From an uncultured bacterium (GTDB lineage Bacteria > CAYJRR01), in the NCBI GenBank assembly GCA_964372275.1, contig CAYJRR010000005.1, forward strand, positions 62,001 to 82,765: DNA of 20,765 nucleotides. The letters run 5' to 3'. The position numbers and the translations under genes were made by a program. This document shows, one piece after another, positions 17,727 through 20,765 of this stretch. The notes below the pieces were generated by a model that did no database searches, was not told the origin of the DNA, and saw nothing but the letters and a program-made list of their open reading frames with translations. Position 1 is the first letter of the stretch. Every line of letters begins with the position of its first letter.

Positions 17727-17738
17727 CCCGTGAGGCTA

Positions 17739-18755
17739 TCACCGAACGGCGCGGCGCCGGCGGGCGGCGGTCACCGCGACCAGCGACGACAGCAGAGCGG
17801 CGGCGGCCGCGAGGGGGCCGGTGGCGGACCCGCGTGCGGGGGCGGGCGGCGTCACGCCGCAGGTGAAGTAGTCGGCGAAGCCGCTCCCGTCCTCGTCGCC
17901 ATCGCCGCCGTTCGCGACGTCGTCGTCATCGTCGCCGCCGGTGTTGTCGTCGTCGTCGTCGCCCGGGCCATCCGGCGTCGGGGTCGGCGGCGGGACGTAT
18001 CCGGTGAACGATCCGATGAACTCGGCGTTGTCGTCGGTGCGCATGCTGCCGCCGAACTCGTTGCAGTTCTGGTCGCCGTAGGAGACCGTCCCGATCACCG
18101 TCTCCACCCCGCCGATCGTCTTCAGGCTCGGGCCGCCCGAATCGCCGGAGCAGATGTTCTTGCTCGCGCTCCCGTAGAGGAAGGCGTCGTAGCCGACGTC
18201 GGTGATCGTGAGCTGGACCGTACGCTTGATCCCCGAGTCGTCCGACCCGGACTCGCTGGTGACGCCGTAGCCGACGGCGGTGAAGCTCGTCCCCTCGGCG
18301 TAGACCGAGTTGTTCACCGTCTTCTGCCAGGCCAGCGGCGTGACCGGCGGCGACTCCTGCAGCACGATGATCCCGACGTCGTGCTCGAGGGTGCTGTCGT
18401 CGTAGTCGGGATGCTCGGCCACCTCGGCCACGTCGACCACCCAGTCGGCGTCATTGAACGGATCGGTCCCGCCGGCGACCTGGTAGTGGTTCTCGTTCGA
18501 ATCGTCGACGCAGTGGGCGGCGGTGAGGACGACGTAGTCGTCGACCACCGACCCGGTGCAGACGAATCCAAGGTAGCTGTTGTAGATCAGCACCACCGAG
18601 GGATGGCCGTTGTCGATCGAGCCCCCGACGATCGGCGACGAACCGCGGGCGGCTCGGGGCTCGGCGCGGATCTCCAGGCGATCGCCTTGGCATCCGGCGA
18701 GAAGTACGGTGGCGAGAAGGGTCGGAACGAGGATCGAACGCGGTCGGGCGGCCAT
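17739..18755 (-). CDS. Trypsin-like (S1) serine protease with lipoprotein signal and MYXO-CTERM-like tail
   Basis: LLAGC lipobox, IVGG, LTAAHC, HDVG, GDSGGP; Asp-rich linker; Cys-TM-RRRR tail. Start is 18755 or 18764. Confidence 0.9.
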   Translation of the reverse strand: MAARPRSILVPTLLATVLLAGCQGDRLEIRAEPRAARGSSPIVGGSIDNGHPSVVLIYNSYLGFVCTGSVVDDYVVLTAAHCVDDSNENHYQVAGGTDPFNDADWVVDVAEVAEHPDYDDSTLEHDVGIIVLQESPPVTPLAWQKTVNNSVYAEGTSFTAVGYGVTSESGSDDSGIKRTVQLTITDVGYDAFLYGSASKNICSGDSGGPSLKTIGGVETVIGTVSYGDQNCNEFGGSMRTDDNAEFIGSFTGYVPPPTPTPDGPGDDDDDNTGGDDDDDVANGGDGDEDGSGFADYFTCGVTPPAPARGSATGPLAAAAALLSSLVAVTAARRRRAVR

Positions 18756-18770
18756 CGGCGGCATCGTTGG

Positions 18771-18786
18771 AGCAGGAACCATGCCC
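18771..18786 (-). promoter_or_regulatory. Putative sigma-54 promoter of the downstream protease gene
   Basis: Minus strand GGGCAT-ggttc-CTGCT (GG-N10-GC); inverted repeats further upstream at 18813-18828, 18904-18934 and 18940-18956. Confidence 0.4.
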
Positions 18787-18985
18787 GGAAGAGGCCGCCG
18801 GCGGAACCCCCTGCGACCTCCCGGTCGCCAGAGATTTCGAGCCGTTACGCGCATTTGCCGGGGCCCGTTTCGCCCCCCGGGCGGCTCGACGGCACCAAGA
18901 GCGCCAGTCCGCGACAGGCTGTCTCGCGGACTGGGACATCGCGATTTCGAATCGCGTGGTCGGACGACGGGCGTTCCGTCGACCG

Positions 18986-19918
18986 CTAGCGTTCCGATCG
19001 GCGAAGTGGCCACCGTGGTGCCGACAGCGCGAGCAGCATCAGCAGGAGGATCGACGCGCGCCCGGATCGGCGATTCGCCGCCGCAACCGAGCAGCCGAAC
19101 AGGCCGTCGTCGTCCGATTTCGCCTTCGGGATGTGCGACGAGATGAAGTCGGCGTTGTCGTCGGTCCGCATGTCGACGCCGTAGGCGGAGCAGTCCGGAT
19201 CGCCGTAGGAGACGGTGCCGATCACCGTCCAGTGGCCGTCGAGCTCCTTCAGCGCCGGACCGCCGGAGTCCCCGGAGCAGACGTTCGCGCTGGCGCTACC
19301 GAAGGCGAAGGCATCGGTCCCGACGTCGCTGATCGTCAGCTCCACCTTTCGCTTCACCCCCGAGTCGTCTTCGCCGCTCTCGCTGGTGACGCCGTAGCCG
19401 ACCGCGAGGAACTCCGATCCCTCCTCGTAGACCGAATCGTCCCGTTTCTTCTGCCACCGATACGGCTCGACCGGCGCGTCCTCCGAGAGCACGACGATGC
19501 CGACGTCGTGCTCCAGCCACTGGTCGTCGTAATCGGGATGGGCGTGCACCTCGGCGACGTCGGCCTTCCACTCGTATCCGTAGAACGGGTTGTTCCCGCC
19601 GTAGACGGTGTAGTGGCGCGGGTTGTCGTCGTCGGCGATGCAGTGGGCGGCGGTGAGGAAGATCCGCTCGTGGATGATCGTTCCGGTGCAGAGGTAATAC
19701 TCGCGGTCGTTGTAGACCAGCGCCACCGAGTCGTGCCCGTACTCGCGCGACCCTCCGACGATCGCCGAGCTGGTCCGCTCGACGGAGGGCTTCGGCGGCC
19801 CGATCCGGTCGAGGAGCCGATCGCTCCCGCAACCGGCCGCGACCAGGGCGGCGGCGCCGAGGAGGTGTGGGCGGAGGCGACGGCGTACGGGCTTCGGCTG
19901 CGGACGAGGCGGTCTCAT
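18986..19918 (-). CDS. Trypsin-like (S1) serine protease paralog with lipoprotein signal and MYXO-CTERM-like tail
   Basis: VAAGC lipobox, IVGG, LTAAHC, HDVG, GDSGGP; tail DDDGLFGCSV...ILLLMLLAL...RR. Confidence 0.9.
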   Translation of the reverse strand: MRPPRPQPKPVRRRLRPHLLGAAALVAAGCGSDRLLDRIGPPKPSVERTSSAIVGGSREYGHDSVALVYNDREYYLCTGTIIHERIFLTAAHCIADDDNPRHYTVYGGNNPFYGYEWKADVAEVHAHPDYDDQWLEHDVGIVVLSEDAPVEPYRWQKKRDDSVYEEGSEFLAVGYGVTSESGEDDSGVKRKVELTISDVGTDAFAFGSASANVCSGDSGGPALKELDGHWTVIGTVSYGDPDCSAYGVDMRTDDNADFISSHIPKAKSDDDGLFGCSVAAANRRSGRASILLLMLLALSAPRWPLRRSER

Positions 19919-19978
19919 CGACCGGGCATTGTATCGGATATAGTGCGCCGGCGCGCATCCCAAAGGAGGGCGAACTCG

Positions 19979-20437
19979 ATGGCCACGATCGTGAACGGAC
20001 CGGCGGAGCTCAAGGACCTGATCGGAAAGGAGTTGCCGCCGGGACCCTGGCACACCGTCCGCTTCGAGGAGATCGTCGCCTTCGCCGAGGCGACCGGCGA
20101 CCGGCAGTGGATCCACGTCGACCGGGAGCGCGCGAAGCGGGAGTCCCCGTTCGGCGCGCCGATCGCGCACGGCTACTACTCCGTTTCGCGCATCGCGGCG
20201 CTGTTCGGCGAAATCCTCCAGCTCCGTGGGTTCAAGATGGGGATCAACTACGGCCTGAACAAGGTTCGTTTTCCGACGCCCCTCAAGGAGGGGGCGCGCT
20301 ACCGGATGAAGGCGGAGCTCTTGTCGGTGAACGAAGTTCCGCAGGGGATCGAAACGGTCTTCAAGACGACGACCGAGGTCGAGGGCGAGCCGAAGCCCTG
20401 CTGCGCCGCCGAAGTCGTCTTCCGCTACTTCCCCTGA
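19979..20437 (+). CDS. MaoC family dehydratase (hot-dog fold)
   Basis: AAGGAGG SD; FAEATGDRQWIHVD...PFGAPIAHG, INYGLNKVRF. Confidence 0.92.
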   Translation: MATIVNGPAELKDLIGKELPPGPWHTVRFEEIVAFAEATGDRQWIHVDRERAKRESPFGAPIAHGYYSVSRIAALFGEILQLRGFKMGINYGLNKVRFPTPLKEGARYRMKAELLSVNEVPQGIETVFKTTTEVEGEPKPCCAAEVVFRYFP

Positions 20438-20455
20438 GCTCCGGCGGTCGGAGCC

Positions 20456-20765
20456 CTAACCGGGTTTGCCGGTCATCACGATGGGGCCGGTGGGCTGCGG
20501 CATGCCGCCGGCCGGTTCGCGGGTGATCGCCGCCAGGTCGACCGACTCGAGACCCGGCGGCAGCTCCACCATGTGGTGCGACATCCCGTCGTTGCCCGGG
20601 CGGAAGGTGCCGGCCGGCATCTTCTCCCCGTGGGCGATGAACCACAGCTCGTAGGTCTGTTCCGGGGGAAGCGGCGGCAGGTTCATCGCCACCAGCATCC
20701 AGCGACGGCTCGGCACGTCCCAGATGATCTTTCCCGTCCCCGTCCCGTCGGGGGTCGCCGTCAGT
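20456..20765 (-). CDS. RskA-like anti-sigma factor, C-terminal part (start outside window)
   Basis: Open to the window edge: ...GKIIWD...NLPPLPPEQTYELWFI...PAGTF...AAITREPAGGMPQPTGPIVMTG. Confidence 0.85.
   Translation of the reverse strand, partial: LTATPDGTGTGKIIWDVPSRRWMLVAMNLPPLPPEQTYELWFIAHGEKMPAGTFRPGNDGMSHHMVELPPGLESVDLAAITREPAGGMPQPTGPIVMTGKPG

Noticed and set aside
17910..17960. GTC trinucleotide repeats
   Set aside because: They encode the Asp-rich linker of the protease; not an independent repeat element.

Overview
High-GC bacterial chromosomal window, probably from a Myxococcota/deltaproteobacterium-like organism (inferred from MYXO-CTERM-like tails, a CHASE2 Ser/Thr kinase, many lipoproteins and sigma-54-like promoters). 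In order it carries: an XPB helicase with its partner gene, a ConA-like/HYR surface protein, an RHH-MazF toxin-antitoxin pair, a lipoprotein, an orphan Flp/TadE-like pilin with a low-complexity tail divergent from the CHASE2 kinase, an MBL-fold gene broken by an in-frame TAA, queD, two lipoproteins, tRNA-Ala(GGC), a 962-aa Fic protein, TRAP dctQM without dctP, two tandem trypsin-like proteases, a MaoC dehydratase and a partial RskA-like anti-sigma factor. The most striking item is the 962-aa protein. It has a signal peptide, an intact Fic motif and C-terminal motifs matching the cholera/pertussis-type R-S-E ADP-ribosyltransferase fold, so it is a candidate secreted dual-activity toxin. Seven genes also have a -10 box 6-9 nt before the ATG (leaderless pattern), and three exported-protein genes have -24/-12 motifs. 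All calls come from reading motifs by eye; no searches were run.
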